From Candidatus Heimdallarchaeota archaeon (lineage in GTDB: Archaea; Asgardarchaeota; Heimdallarchaeia; Heimdallarchaeales; Heimdallarchaeaceae): DNA of 64,000 nt. The position numbers were made by a program, and so were the translations under genes. Below, one piece after another: positions 9,812 to 19,386 of the stretch; positions within the stretch are counted from its first letter, which is position 1, and every line of letters starts with the position of its first letter. The notes beneath the pieces are model-generated. The model was not told the origin of the DNA and did no database searches. It saw only the letters and a list, made by a program, of their open reading frames with translations. Where the stretch lies: assembly GCA_030603365.1 (NCBI GenBank), contig JAUVXV010000002.1, positions 1 through 64,000 on the forward strand. Reading direction: 5' to 3'.

Positions 9812-11623
9812 TTATTTTTCCTCCTTAATCTGCATTGGAGGGAGCTCAGAAAAGCGTTCAAACAATCGCCTATAATCTATATTTCTGAGGATAAGCTCAT
9901 CATGTTTACCAGAGTCAATCAATAGTCCATTTCTTAAAACCATAATTAGATCAGCATTCTTGATAGTCGCTAATCTGTGCGTTATAATGAAGGTAGTCCG
10001 GTTCTTCAATACATTAGCGATAGCTGTTTGAATCTTTCTTTCAGTTTCTGCATCAATAGCACTACTCGCATCATCTAGAATTAATATTGAAGGATCTATC
10101 AACAGTGCTCTTGCAATAGCAATTCGTTGTTTTTGTCCTCCAGAGAGTGTTACACCCCTTTCACCCACTACTGTATCATAGCCATTCTCAAAACCCATTA
10201 TGAATTCATGAGCTTGAGCTAACTCTGCAAAATGTTCTATTTCTTCTTGTGTCGCATCGGGTTTTCCAAATGCGATGTTATCTCTAATTGATTTGCTGAA
10301 TAGAAATACTTCTTGCTCAATTACGCCTATATGTTCTCTGAGGTTAGAAAGAGCCATCTCCTTGATATTAGTTCCATTGATGTTGATTGTTCCATCGCTA
10401 GGATCGTAAAGGCGCATTAGAAGCTTCATCAGGGTTGATTTTCCTGAACCCGGATTACCTATTATTGCGACAGTTGACCCTCCAGGAACTTCCAAATTGA
10501 TATTGTTCAGAGCTTTTTTTCTAGTACTCTCTCCATTATAAGAAAAAGACACATCTTTAAACAGAATTGTACCTTGACTCCCTGCCCAGTCTATTGGTGA
10601 AGAAGATTCTGGAACGTATTCTTCTCTTTCTTTCATTTCAAAGATTCTTTTGGCTGCAGCCATCCCAATTTGAAATTGTGTAAGTGTCCACCCCACCTGC
10701 CATGTAGGCATCATCAAAGTCATCATCAAGAAGACATATGTTATTAACTCATCTAGAGCTAGGTTCCCAGCTGTTACCTCAAATGATCCCCATAAGAAGC
10801 TTAAAGCGATAATTAGAACAGTTATCGCTACTGCATAGTACCTTGCACTTATAATTCCTCGTTTAGTGTTGATATCCCTTAATTTATCAGTTTCAATATC
10901 AAACTGGTTAATCTCCTCTTTTTCTTTTACAAAGCCTCTAATTACTCTAATTCCAGTTATACTCTCTTGTAATCTCGAATTTAACAGACCATTTTGTTCC
11001 ATTTGAGCTTTGGAAATTGGACGGAGTTTTCTGTTATAATCATAAATTGCTATTATGTAAAAAGGTAAAGCAGCTGCTAGTAGCAGGGTTAACTTTGGGC
11101 TTATCCACAGCATTAACGAAACTGAAAAAATCAATGTAAAGGATGCTTCAAAAAGGAATTTTATTCCTGGAGCTATAAATATATTCATCTGTCTAGTATC
11201 GTAAGTAGCTCTAGCCATCACATCTCCTATTCTTACTCTATCATGAAATTCTTGACTTTTTTCAAGAAGATCGTTATAGAACTCTGCAGTAACATTTTTT
11301 GTTACTTTGTGAGCTAGAACTTCATCTACATAACTTTGAATGAAATCTGCTGCAGCTCTAATGATACCAGCTACTCCGATGAATAAAGCTGTAATTAAGA
11401 TCGCTTTGAACGAAGAAGAGTTAATTTGGATAGTATGAAAACCATTAGATAGTAGGTACTTAGTTACTTGTCCGGTTTCTTTTACAAGCTCCTCAAAGAT
11501 ATCACCAATGAATAAAGGAGTGATGGAAACTGTTCCAATGAATATGACGAGAAAAGTGATCAATATTATAAGTAACAATTTCTCTTTCAGTAGATGCTTT
11601 ACAAACCAGATTTTATAACCCAT
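9812..11623 (-). CDS. Heterodimeric ABC exporter subunit (degenerate Walker B)
   Basis: GNPGSGKS, LSGGQ, ILDDASS (E to D), consistent with TM287/288-type asymmetry. Confidence 0.92.
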   Translation of the reverse strand: MGYKIWFVKHLLKEKLLLIILITFLVIFIGTVSITPLFIGDIFEELVKETGQVTKYLLSNGFHTIQINSSSFKAILITALFIGVAGIIRAAADFIQSYVDEVLAHKVTKNVTAEFYNDLLEKSQEFHDRVRIGDVMARATYDTRQMNIFIAPGIKFLFEASFTLIFSVSLMLWISPKLTLLLAAALPFYIIAIYDYNRKLRPISKAQMEQNGLLNSRLQESITGIRVIRGFVKEKEEINQFDIETDKLRDINTKRGIISARYYAVAITVLIIALSFLWGSFEVTAGNLALDELITYVFLMMTLMMPTWQVGWTLTQFQIGMAAAKRIFEMKEREEYVPESSSPIDWAGSQGTILFKDVSFSYNGESTRKKALNNINLEVPGGSTVAIIGNPGSGKSTLMKLLMRLYDPSDGTININGTNIKEMALSNLREHIGVIEQEVFLFSKSIRDNIAFGKPDATQEEIEHFAELAQAHEFIMGFENGYDTVVGERGVTLSGGQKQRIAIARALLIDPSILILDDASSAIDAETERKIQTAIANVLKNRTTFIITHRLATIKNADLIMVLRNGLLIDSGKHDELILRNIDYRRLFERFSELPPMQIKEEK

Positions 11624-11766
11624 TCAACTACCTAATTTCTAATCTCTGTTCTTTTACAAAGCAACTTGTTTTTTAACTTTGTTAAGAAGTATGTTTTCAG
11701 AAACTTCGATCATGAGAAACCTATGACGAGAAAGCTTTATACATTACTATTCATAGATAAGCTACT

Positions 11767-12447
11767 ATGTTCCGTTTAAGAGAATTTCAACCTCCAAAGA
11801 GGATACAGATCGCTATAAAGAATATGTTCATCATCATGGCGTATAATCTGATTGTGACATTGTTTTTAGCCATTAATTACTATTACAAAAGGTATGTATT
11901 TTTTGCAGAACATATCAGTAATCTAGGTTCCATGGATCCTTTAAATTCCCCTCCTAATACCATTTCAATGATTTTTATGATTGTTGGATTTGGTATTAAC
12001 AGTGCTTTAATGCTTTCAGTTGCTATACTCTATTTTGTGAAAAGAAAAGAATTGAAAGGATGGAAAGTCAAAGGTTCATTAGGGATAGTTTTAGCATTCG
12101 GTGCTGCGGGTATTGCTATACCTTTAGATCATGAGCAATTAAGAGTTCTACATCTAGTAGGTGCTGCCTGTTTCATTGGTGGTTTTGCTGCTTTCAATGC
12201 TTACTTGCAGATAACAAGTTCATACCGGAAAATCATCAAGAAAGAAGTAGATGCTCGTAGAGCTGATACAATTTGGGATATCACGCTTTCTGTAATTGTA
12301 ATTGTTGTACTCATTGGTTATTTCACTATCTTTGCTTTAGATCAATTAGGTATAGGAGCAGATTGGCACTTAGGTCCCATCTTCCAGAAAATAATTGTTT
12401 TCATTGAGATCTTAGCTATCTATTTCATCGACAATAAAGATATTTGA
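11767..12447 (+). CDS. Multi-pass membrane protein (DUF998/Frag1-like)
   Basis: HISNLG motif after TM1, LHLVGA, ~6 TM segments, IFQK near the C-terminus. Confidence 0.6.
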   Translation: MFRLREFQPPKRIQIAIKNMFIIMAYNLIVTLFLAINYYYKRYVFFAEHISNLGSMDPLNSPPNTISMIFMIVGFGINSALMLSVAILYFVKRKELKGWKVKGSLGIVLAFGAAGIAIPLDHEQLRVLHLVGAACFIGGFAAFNAYLQITSSYRKIIKKEVDARRADTIWDITLSVIVIVVLIGYFTIFALDQLGIGADWHLGPIFQKIIVFIEILAIYFIDNKDI

Positions 12448-12476
12448 ATCCTGATTCTTTTCTTTTTTTCTTTTTC

Positions 12477-12863
12477 TTATCTTAGGAACTGAGTTAAGGG
12501 TGGTTTTTGAACAAACTTTCCTTTACCATTGCAAGTCGGACATCTTCGAGAAGTATCCATTGAAGTGGGGGTAGTTTCAACAATTTTACCCTCACCAAGA
12601 CAATTTATGCAAGGATATGTTGCTTTACCACTAACATAATATGTTTTGTTAATACCTACTTTATCATATGTGTTAGCCGTTACTTCTGCATCATCTCTTT
12701 TGTTTACAGTAAATGAACCGAATGTAAGTTGTATTTCATGTAATTCAGGTGGTAAGCTTTGTTTTTCTCCTATGTTTGCAGATACTACAACAGAATAATT
12801 GTCGAGAGAAGCGTGCCAATTCTTTCTCTTAAGATTAATATCCCCAAGCATATGGAAACACAT
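12477..12863 (-). CDS. Protein with DnaJ-type CxxCxGxG zinc-finger pair
   Basis: CINCLGEG and CPTCNGKG. Confidence 0.6.
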   Translation of the reverse strand: MCFHMLGDINLKRKNWHASLDNYSVVVSANIGEKQSLPPELHEIQLTFGSFTVNKRDDAEVTANTYDKVGINKTYYVSGKATYPCINCLGEGKIVETTPTSMDTSRRCPTCNGKGKFVQKPPLTQFLR

Positions 12864-12986
12864 TTCTTGTTAAAATTCTCTTACTCTAAAGATCAATATC
12901 AATAGCTATAAGCTAAGCTAATATATTTGTCAACTAAAAAAGAGAAAAAAGTTAACTGAAATTTTTACAGTTTCAGCGGAAGTTTA

Positions 12987-13463
12987 CTATACTCTTGTAA
13001 ATTCATATGTTTTATCTTCTTGTTTCTTAGGTTCCCATTTTTTAGCTATTTTATTTGTAATTTTGCCAGGTAAAAAGAAGAATAATGCGCCTACAAATCC
13101 CCATACTAAAAGCTGTAGAACAAACAATCCTCCAGAAATCTCTCCAGCAAAAGCAATGAAAAGTCCATCTTTCAAATCATCTGCATTATTACTGACATGA
13201 TGTCCAGTCGTAATTGTTTGTGTTTCATTAGTTAGAAGTTTAAATTTTTTTACATCGATTGGCGATGCATTTAAATCCTGTGATTCGATTGCTACAGATA
13301 CTGCTATTGTTCTAGGTTTCTTATGTTTATTAGTTAATACAATTTCATATGGTGGATGGTGTTCCCCAATTCTAATTGGAGTTTTACCCATTTTAACTAC
13401 AACATCTACATTATAGAATTCAAAATTTTCTACTACATTCATTTGTGTTTCTTCCGTGCTCAT
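12987..13463 (-). CDS. Membrane-anchored hypothetical protein
   Basis: 158 aa, Ig-like beta-rich N-terminal part, C-terminal hydrophobic segment. Confidence 0.6.
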   Translation of the reverse strand: MSTEETQMNVVENFEFYNVDVVVKMGKTPIRIGEHHPPYEIVLTNKHKKPRTIAVSVAIESQDLNASPIDVKKFKLLTNETQTITTGHHVSNNADDLKDGLFIAFAGEISGGLFVLQLLVWGFVGALFFFLPGKITNKIAKKWEPKKQEDKTYEFTRV

Positions 13464-13654
13464 TTAATCACCGTGAACTGAAGTATATCTGATTAGAGGT
13501 TCTTTAATATTTCTACTATTCAATATTGTAGTTAAAAAATTAGATTTTTTTTCTTTCTTTAAGTATAAGGTATTATTGAACAAAAAAATATTAAAATAAA
13601 TCTGTAAAGGAGATCTGTAGAAAGTATGCATCTTTTTTTTAGAGCTTTTGGGGG

Positions 13655-13757
13655 CAACTAGGCATGGGGGCAGCCTAGAATCTGTTGCCATATTCCAGAA
13701 AGTAATTGCTTTCATCGAAATACTTGCACTTTACTTTATTGATAATAAAGATGTTTT
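13655..13757 (+). pseudogene. Orphan copy of the 3' end of gene 11767..12447
   Basis: IFQKVIAFIEILALYFIDNKDV vs IFQKIIVFIEILAIYFIDNKDI (18/22 aa), preceded by QLGMGAA* vs QLGIGADW. Confidence 0.8.
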
Positions 13758-13830
13758 AAAAAAAATGAGAAAGATGTTTCTTCCTCTTTTTATTGCTAAT
13801 TATACATTTTAGCAACAATGTAAATCTGTT

Positions 13831-15123
13831 CTATATTGGAGGTTTCTCGATTGGAGAGAAGTAGGTTATAACTCCTTTTTCTACCATCACTTTACCATCT
13901 TTGATAATTTGAGAGAAGTTCTTTGGATTCTGAAGTACAGTTATATCTTCTAATGGATTTTTGTTAGAGATGATTAGATCTGCTAATTTACCTTTCTCGA
14001 GTGAGCCAATTTTCTCATCCATCCAAATAGCTTTAGCTCCTTCTATAGTTGCAGCTTGTAGAGCTTGAGTCGGTGTCATCCCAACATCTTTGACCATTAT
14101 AACGGCCTCAGTTCCACTGTTTCCATGATAATTTCCAGGTGTTCCTGCATCAGTTCCAATTGCAATTTTAACACCTTTTTCAAAGGCCATTTTGTGATTT
14201 ATTTTCATTGCACTATCTACTTCTATTGTTTTCTTTTGTACTTCAGGGGGCATGGTTTTCATGAGCTCAGGACTAACCAGACCCATTGCTGCCATCTGTG
14301 TAGGAATCAAGTAAGTTCCGTTCTTAATCATTAAATCAGCTGATTCTTCATCCATGAAACTACCATGTTCTATTGTGTCGAAACCAGCAATAGTTGCTTT
14401 ATCAATACCTGCTTTACCATGAGCATGACTAGCTATATGCATATCATTCCTGTGAGCTTCCTCTCTGATAGCTATTAGTTCCTCATCAGTCCATAGAGAA
14501 AAGCTTACTTTGGATTCCATACCATGAAGAACTCCACCTGTTGTTGCTGTCTTGATAAAAGTTGCTCCTCTGAATTTTAAATCTCTGATAGCATGTTTTA
14601 CACTATCAACTCCAGCAACCACTTGGTGATGTTCACGAGCCCAAGCGATCATAGATTCAGGATAGACTTCTTCCTGATTTCCCCATTGCCAAATACCTTT
14701 ATCAGAATTAACAAGACGTGGACCTGCAAAGACACCATAGTCTAGAATTCTTCTTAGAGAAGGCATAATGCCAGTAAAACTCCCTGCATCACGAACACAT
14801 GTAAATCCACTTACTAATTGTTTTTGAGCGTTAACTAGAGAGTAAAAGTGATACATATCCTTTTTAGTTCTTAGAGTTGCCCTCTCCATATTTGTTTCAC
14901 CATTCATATGAAGATGGAGGTGGCATTCAATCATTCCTGGAAAGACAGTTTTTCCACTAGCATCTATGATTTGATCAGTTTCTTCTTTTTCAAAACTTCC
15001 AGCTTCTCCCACCCATACTATTTGATTACCTTTAGAAACAATAGTTTGATTTTCTTTTATTGTACCAGTAAGAGAATCAAATAAATTTCCAGAATTAACT
15101 ACTAATCTCTTAATATCAGACAT
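13831..15123 (-). CDS. Metal-dependent amidohydrolase (Xaa-Pro dipeptidase-like)
   Basis: PGMIECHLH, IKTATTGG, SHAHG, TIEHG, GTDAG, GKLADL. Confidence 0.88.
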   Translation of the reverse strand: MSDIKRLVVNSGNLFDSLTGTIKENQTIVSKGNQIVWVGEAGSFEKEETDQIIDASGKTVFPGMIECHLHLHMNGETNMERATLRTKKDMYHFYSLVNAQKQLVSGFTCVRDAGSFTGIMPSLRRILDYGVFAGPRLVNSDKGIWQWGNQEEVYPESMIAWAREHHQVVAGVDSVKHAIRDLKFRGATFIKTATTGGVLHGMESKVSFSLWTDEELIAIREEAHRNDMHIASHAHGKAGIDKATIAGFDTIEHGSFMDEESADLMIKNGTYLIPTQMAAMGLVSPELMKTMPPEVQKKTIEVDSAMKINHKMAFEKGVKIAIGTDAGTPGNYHGNSGTEAVIMVKDVGMTPTQALQAATIEGAKAIWMDEKIGSLEKGKLADLIISNKNPLEDITVLQNPKNFSQIIKDGKVMVEKGVITYFSPIEKPPI

Positions 15124-15172
15124 GAATGAGGTTTATATGGTAGGTTCATAAACATTTCTCGAGAAATCTAAC

Positions 15173-15308
15173 ATGAGCTAGTTTTACAATAGTTTATCAT
15201 TATAGCAAAGTAGATGTTGAAACTCTTTATTCTAGCTTAAACATACTAGATAGGGATTTTCAGATATTCAAAGATCAGATCCTTACTTGGTTAAAGAAGC
15301 AGAACTAA
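15173..15308 (+). pseudogene. C-terminal remnant of a HEPN/DUF86 toxin
   Basis: 15198..15308 reads HYSKVDVETLYSSLNILDRDFQIFKDQILTWLKKQN*, resembling the end of HEPN 43903..44328. Confidence 0.5.
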
Positions 15309-15326
15309 TTTTCTGTTAGTATCTTT

Positions 15327-15704
15327 TCAGTCTCCAGTAGGTTTGACAGATTTTCCTTCTACCATCATTATTGAAGTTCTTTCTGGTGCTCTTGTTCTAT
15401 GCATAACTTGTTTTGGAATTACACAACCTTGTCCTTGAAGTAGTTCCATTGTTTTATTTTCCAGATCAATGAACAACTTTCCATCTATAACATAAAAATA
15501 CTCATCCTCTTCATCATGTTTGTGCCAATGAAATTCTCCTTCAATTACTCCGAGTCTAACCACACAATCATTCACTTCGCAAAGAGCATGATTCTGCCAC
15601 AGTTTTGTACTCTCAGAAATTAGGGTAGGGATGTCAATTTTTTCAATCGGTTGAAATAGTATTTCTTCATTAATGGAATATTTTTCAAATTCATCCTTAG
15701 GCAA
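15327..15704 (-). CDS. Cupin domain protein
   Basis: GEFHWHKHDEEDEYFYV and IPKQVMHR motifs. Confidence 0.9.
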   Translation of the reverse strand: MPKDEFEKYSINEEILFQPIEKIDIPTLISESTKLWQNHALCEVNDCVVRLGVIEGEFHWHKHDEEDEYFYVIDGKLFIDLENKTMELLQGQGCVIPKQVMHRTRAPERTSIMMVEGKSVKPTGD

Positions 15705-15814
15705 GTTTTCACCTTCATTTAACCCAATCTGTATACAATTAAATAGTTTCTTGCATTAGTACTAAAAGAAAAGATATAATGTAGTAACATAAATATTGAG
15801 TATACCCGGTCAGT

Positions 15815-16762
15815 GTGAGGATTTTAAAGGTGAGTAAAAATCGAGCAATAATATCTTATGTCTGTAATCTATGTCATAAAACTAGGATGGCAATGATTCC
15901 ACTCTCTTTAGACATTAGAGTTGATGGTAGAGGATTATTTGAATTCGTAGATACTCACAAATGCAAAGATGATGAAGTATCAGCAAATATTCTTTTTATT
16001 GACCAAGGAAATGTTGTTCGATCGCAAGTTTCCATCTCAACTGAGGAGAAGAAGGATGAAAAAGATGCTGAGAAGAAGGCAATAATCGCAAAATTAGCAA
16101 TTCCTGTTCCAGCCAAAAGAGATTTCCCCAAACAAAGTATAATTCCAGATAAACGTTTTAAGAAATTTAATATTAAAGAGATATCTGTAAAAGACAAACT
16201 ACGGCAAATGATTTTTTCAACTGATGAGGAACATAGTCAAGTAAAAGAAATCATGGTCAAGTCTCCTTTAGGATTTATAGAAATAACTGCAAATTTAACC
16301 AGTCTTACAGATGAAAAATCTGCTATTTGGTGGTTAGACAATATCGCTAAAGTTCTCGAAGAGGTAGTCTATGTTGATGAGAAAGTATTTGCTTATCTTC
16401 TGTCTTATGTCGATAATAAAATCAAGCGTCAAGTCAATGAGGCTGAATTGATTGAATTAAAGTATATTTGCAATTCTCACATATCTATACCTACTTCAAG
16501 CGAAACAACTCTAGAAAAGTATAAACAAGCAGGAAACACTATTTTTCCAAATCTAGCAATTTTTGATTCAATATATTATAAACAAATACTAGAAGAATGT
16601 GTAAACAATGATTCAATAACACTTTTCGAAATTATTGGAAAGATTTCAAGCAAGATCAGTATTTCTTCGTTTGTATCAATCTTTCATAATCTTGAGAAAA
16701 AATCACTTATCAAATTGGAAAAGTTACAATTTTTCACAGTTACAGATCTAATAGTTGAATGA
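15815..16762 (+). CDS. Hypothetical protein with N-terminal CxxC...HxC motif
   Basis: YVCNLC...DTHKC; possible C-terminal winged-helix-like end. Confidence 0.6.
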   Translation: MRILKVSKNRAIISYVCNLCHKTRMAMIPLSLDIRVDGRGLFEFVDTHKCKDDEVSANILFIDQGNVVRSQVSISTEEKKDEKDAEKKAIIAKLAIPVPAKRDFPKQSIIPDKRFKKFNIKEISVKDKLRQMIFSTDEEHSQVKEIMVKSPLGFIEITANLTSLTDEKSAIWWLDNIAKVLEEVVYVDEKVFAYLLSYVDNKIKRQVNEAELIELKYICNSHISIPTSSETTLEKYKQAGNTIFPNLAIFDSIYYKQILEECVNNDSITLFEIIGKISSKISISSFVSIFHNLEKKSLIKLEKLQFFTVTDLIVE

Positions 16763-16763
16763 A

Positions 16764-16901
16764 ATGCTTTGTCCAAGATGTCGTAATTCTAAGAAGAAGA
16801 AGGTTGCTATGAAACAAGTCAAGAGAAAGGGTGGGTTTCACAAACAAACTAAGTTTCAATGTCCTGAGTGTGGTCTAATTAGGATGAAGAAGAATAAGTA
16901 A
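16764..16901 (+). CDS. 45-aa basic zinc-ribbon microprotein
   Basis: MLCPRCRNSKKKKVAMKQVKRKGGFHKQTKFQCPECGLIRMKKNK*; starts 1 nt after the upstream stop. Confidence 0.7.
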   Translation: MLCPRCRNSKKKKVAMKQVKRKGGFHKQTKFQCPECGLIRMKKNK

Positions 16902-16906
16902 GAACT

Positions 16907-18253
16907 TCAGACAACAGATTTATGATGTGTATTTGTCATGTTGTAGCATAGCATAGCAGTCGAACATGGTTGAGCATATTGTATAGACGATGTATGTGTC
17001 ATTCCTAGTGGGTCTACACACACTCTTCGTGGGTACATCACATACCCTCCTACCCCGTTCGCTTTACACGGAGGTAAAGCTTTCGGATCGCTTTTGACCA
17101 GAATATTATAAGCAGCATTAACATCAGCATTGATTAAGTGTCCTTGAGCAGAGGTAAACAGTCCTCGAGAGGAACGTTTACCTGCATAATTAGATCCTTT
17201 TTGGGGAAACTCATTATCCAGGAAACTGCTCTTGGAAGTATAGTTTTCAGGTATGGTTTCAACTTTTATCCCTTGTTCAGCTCCTTTGTACTTCAACTGG
17301 TTGATGATTTTCAAAAAGGGGATAGTAACGAACATCTGGGTGACTTTCTTACCTAGATTCACCTGCTGTTTCCATTGAGGATTATAACCGATAACAACTT
17401 CGTGTAGACCGCGTTCTACCCATAAATCTACCAGATATTTGGTGAGATGGTGGAGAGCATTCTTGAGTTTCCTTCGATACTTTTCTTTCAGCTTATAGTA
17501 GGCTTGCCCATAAACTAACTTGTGCTGTTGTTTCAATTGTTTTTTCTGTTGTTGAACATATTGTGCTCGTAGTTTTGTCTGGAGTTTCATATAATATTGG
17601 ATTATTGATTTTATCCCTTTTCCGTGATCCTTGATAACAATCGGTTGATTGCCGAGGTTATCTACGAAGGTCACGAGGTTAACTGACCCTAAATCGATAG
17701 CTCCTTTTCTTGTGTTCTTCTTCCTCTGTTTGGGGAGGTGTTTCTCATAAACTAGTTCGAGAGTGTATCCCACCTTTCTGGGGATGATCCTCACTTCCTT
17801 CAGTCGAGTGCTAGCTGTCAAGCGTGTCTTGTAATAGAATCCTACTTTTTTAGGTAAGACTAGCCACCCATTCTTGATCTTCGCTTGTTGGTTGGTAAGA
17901 ATCGCTACACTCTCCCCATCTTTAGGTTTATACTTAGGCGGTTTGGGTTGAGCGAAGAATTTCTCTGGATGACGCTTCCACTCCTTCTTTGCTCGAAAAT
18001 ATGCTTTCCAATTCCTAATTAGAAGTTTGAGTGTATGTTGAGCTGTTTGTGCAGGTAATACTCTGTAGCACATTTCTCCTTTTAGTAAACTATTTAGTTC
18101 GTAATAGTTGAGAAATTTGTTGTGTTTTTTAAGTGATTGTTTTGCCAGAAAATTTGCTCGATTGTAGAGGTTTTTAGCTTGATGACAAAGCTTGCTTAGA
18201 GTAGGCTGAAAAGGGAGTTCAATGCATTCTACTCTCAGTACTTTACTCATCAC
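16907..18253 (-). CDS. tnpB: RNA-guided endonuclease TnpB, copy 1
   Basis: LCHQAKNLYN, GAIDLG (RuvC-I), PENYTSK, NADVNAAYNI (RuvC-III). Confidence 0.93.
   Translation of the reverse strand: MMSKVLRVECIELPFQPTLSKLCHQAKNLYNRANFLAKQSLKKHNKFLNYYELNSLLKGEMCYRVLPAQTAQHTLKLLIRNWKAYFRAKKEWKRHPEKFFAQPKPPKYKPKDGESVAILTNQQAKIKNGWLVLPKKVGFYYKTRLTASTRLKEVRIIPRKVGYTLELVYEKHLPKQRKKNTRKGAIDLGSVNLVTFVDNLGNQPIVIKDHGKGIKSIIQYYMKLQTKLRAQYVQQQKKQLKQQHKLVYGQAYYKLKEKYRRKLKNALHHLTKYLVDLWVERGLHEVVIGYNPQWKQQVNLGKKVTQMFVTIPFLKIINQLKYKGAEQGIKVETIPENYTSKSSFLDNEFPQKGSNYAGKRSSRGLFTSAQGHLINADVNAAYNILVKSDPKALPPCKANGVGGYVMYPRRVCVDPLGMTHTSSIQYAQPCSTAMLCYNMTNTHHKSVV
16922..17095 (-). ncRNA. Putative omega-RNA scaffold overlapping the tnpB 3' end
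   Basis: Stems GCTTTAC/GTAAAGC, GGGTAT/GTACCC and GTGTGTGT/ACACATAC, conserved or covarying with copy 2. Confidence 0.6.
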
Positions 18254-18352
18254 TTTTCTCTTTATTTTTTCCTATAAAAGCTCCCGTAATATCTTACTTT
18301 CAGCCTTGTTTTAAGTTGATAAGTAATAAGTTTAATATGACTCCATGACAAA
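16922..18352 (-). mobile_element. Non-autonomous tnpB-only element, copy 1
   Basis: Similarity to copy 2 extends beyond the ORF and stops at ATGATG (16922) and CATGACAAA (18352); no tnpA. Confidence 0.75.
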
Positions 18353-18386
18353 GTTTATCCATAGATGTTCAAGATTTTCTTCTGCC

Positions 18387-19301
18387 ATGTCATACAGACG
18401 TAGAGACGAAAGTATACCTATACAACCAGACCAGGATATGCCTATAGTTGATTGTCATGCGCATTTTCCTGATAGAAAACCTTATCGCAAACCTACTTAT
18501 TCCTATGAAAGTCAGTATGATATTTTCTTTGAGAAACACAAAGGTCAGTTTATTATTACATCCAGTAGTGTCTATAACTACGAGTACAAGTATCATCTAG
18601 ATTTCATGAAAGAGCATAAAGGAATTTATCTTACAATGGGGTGTTTGAAACCTTCAGATAGATATGGAATGGACATGGTGATGGAGGAGCATCCAGATTT
18701 TATAGATTTCTTAGAAAACCAGCAAGATTCCTATGTAGGCATTGGAGAGTTTGGGCTAGATTTTCATCATGGAAAATCACTGTCTATAAGACAAGAGCAA
18801 ATTGACTACTTTCAAAAAGTAATTCAAGAAACCAAACATCTTAACAAACCTTATGTTTTACATGTTAGAAATGCAACACAGAGAGATGTGGATCAGAAAA
18901 ATCCTAATCATGAGTTTAATCAAAGAGATTTCTGTAATAAAACAATTGTAAGAATATTAGAAGAAGAAGGAATAAATCCAGAAAGAGTGATGTGGCATTG
19001 TTTCTCAGGCCCTCAAGAATGGGATCCTAAACTTGCCAAAATGGGTTACTACATTTCTGTTCCATCATCTGCTTATGGTTTTTCTAGATGGAGGAGAAAT
19101 ATACAAGGAGTACCTTTAGATAAACTTCTAACAGAAACAGATTCATGTTTTCAGCATCCATTCAAAATGGGAGGATTCAATACTCCTACAAACGTGAAAT
19201 ATGCCGTTGCAGCAATTGCATATGTTAATGAATTGGATCAACTTGAAGTTGCTGAACAAATATTTGAGAATGCAAAAACATTTTTTGGAATGAACGATTA
19301 A
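18387..19301 (+). CDS. tatD: TatD family nuclease
   Basis: DCHAH, IGEFGLD, LHVR, WHCFSG, ETDS; the ORF-track start 18345 lies inside the element end, so ATG 18387 is preferred. Confidence 0.88.
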   Translation: MSYRRRDESIPIQPDQDMPIVDCHAHFPDRKPYRKPTYSYESQYDIFFEKHKGQFIITSSSVYNYEYKYHLDFMKEHKGIYLTMGCLKPSDRYGMDMVMEEHPDFIDFLENQQDSYVGIGEFGLDFHHGKSLSIRQEQIDYFQKVIQETKHLNKPYVLHVRNATQRDVDQKNPNHEFNQRDFCNKTIVRILEEEGINPERVMWHCFSGPQEWDPKLAKMGYYISVPSSAYGFSRWRRNIQGVPLDKLLTETDSCFQHPFKMGGFNTPTNVKYAVAAIAYVNELDQLEVAEQIFENAKTFFGMND

Positions 19302-19386
19302 ATAAACGAATTAAGAATTTGAACATCGATACTTTTTCAGAAATTGTTTTAAATTAATCCAATCTACCTATTATATTGAGTATAAA

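Noticed and set aside
13464-13715. 83-aa minus-strand ORF
   Set aside because: Low complexity; antisense to the DUF998-like remnant and overlapping an AT-rich promoter/terminator region.
16927-18357. 5-bp target-site duplication GTGTA/GTTTA around tnpB copy 1
   Set aside because: Imperfect, not mirrored in copy 2, and the left sequence is itself shared between the copies.
18345-18386. N-terminal extension of TatD from ATG 18345
   Set aside because: That ATG lies within the CATGACAAA element end, so it is probably not the native start.
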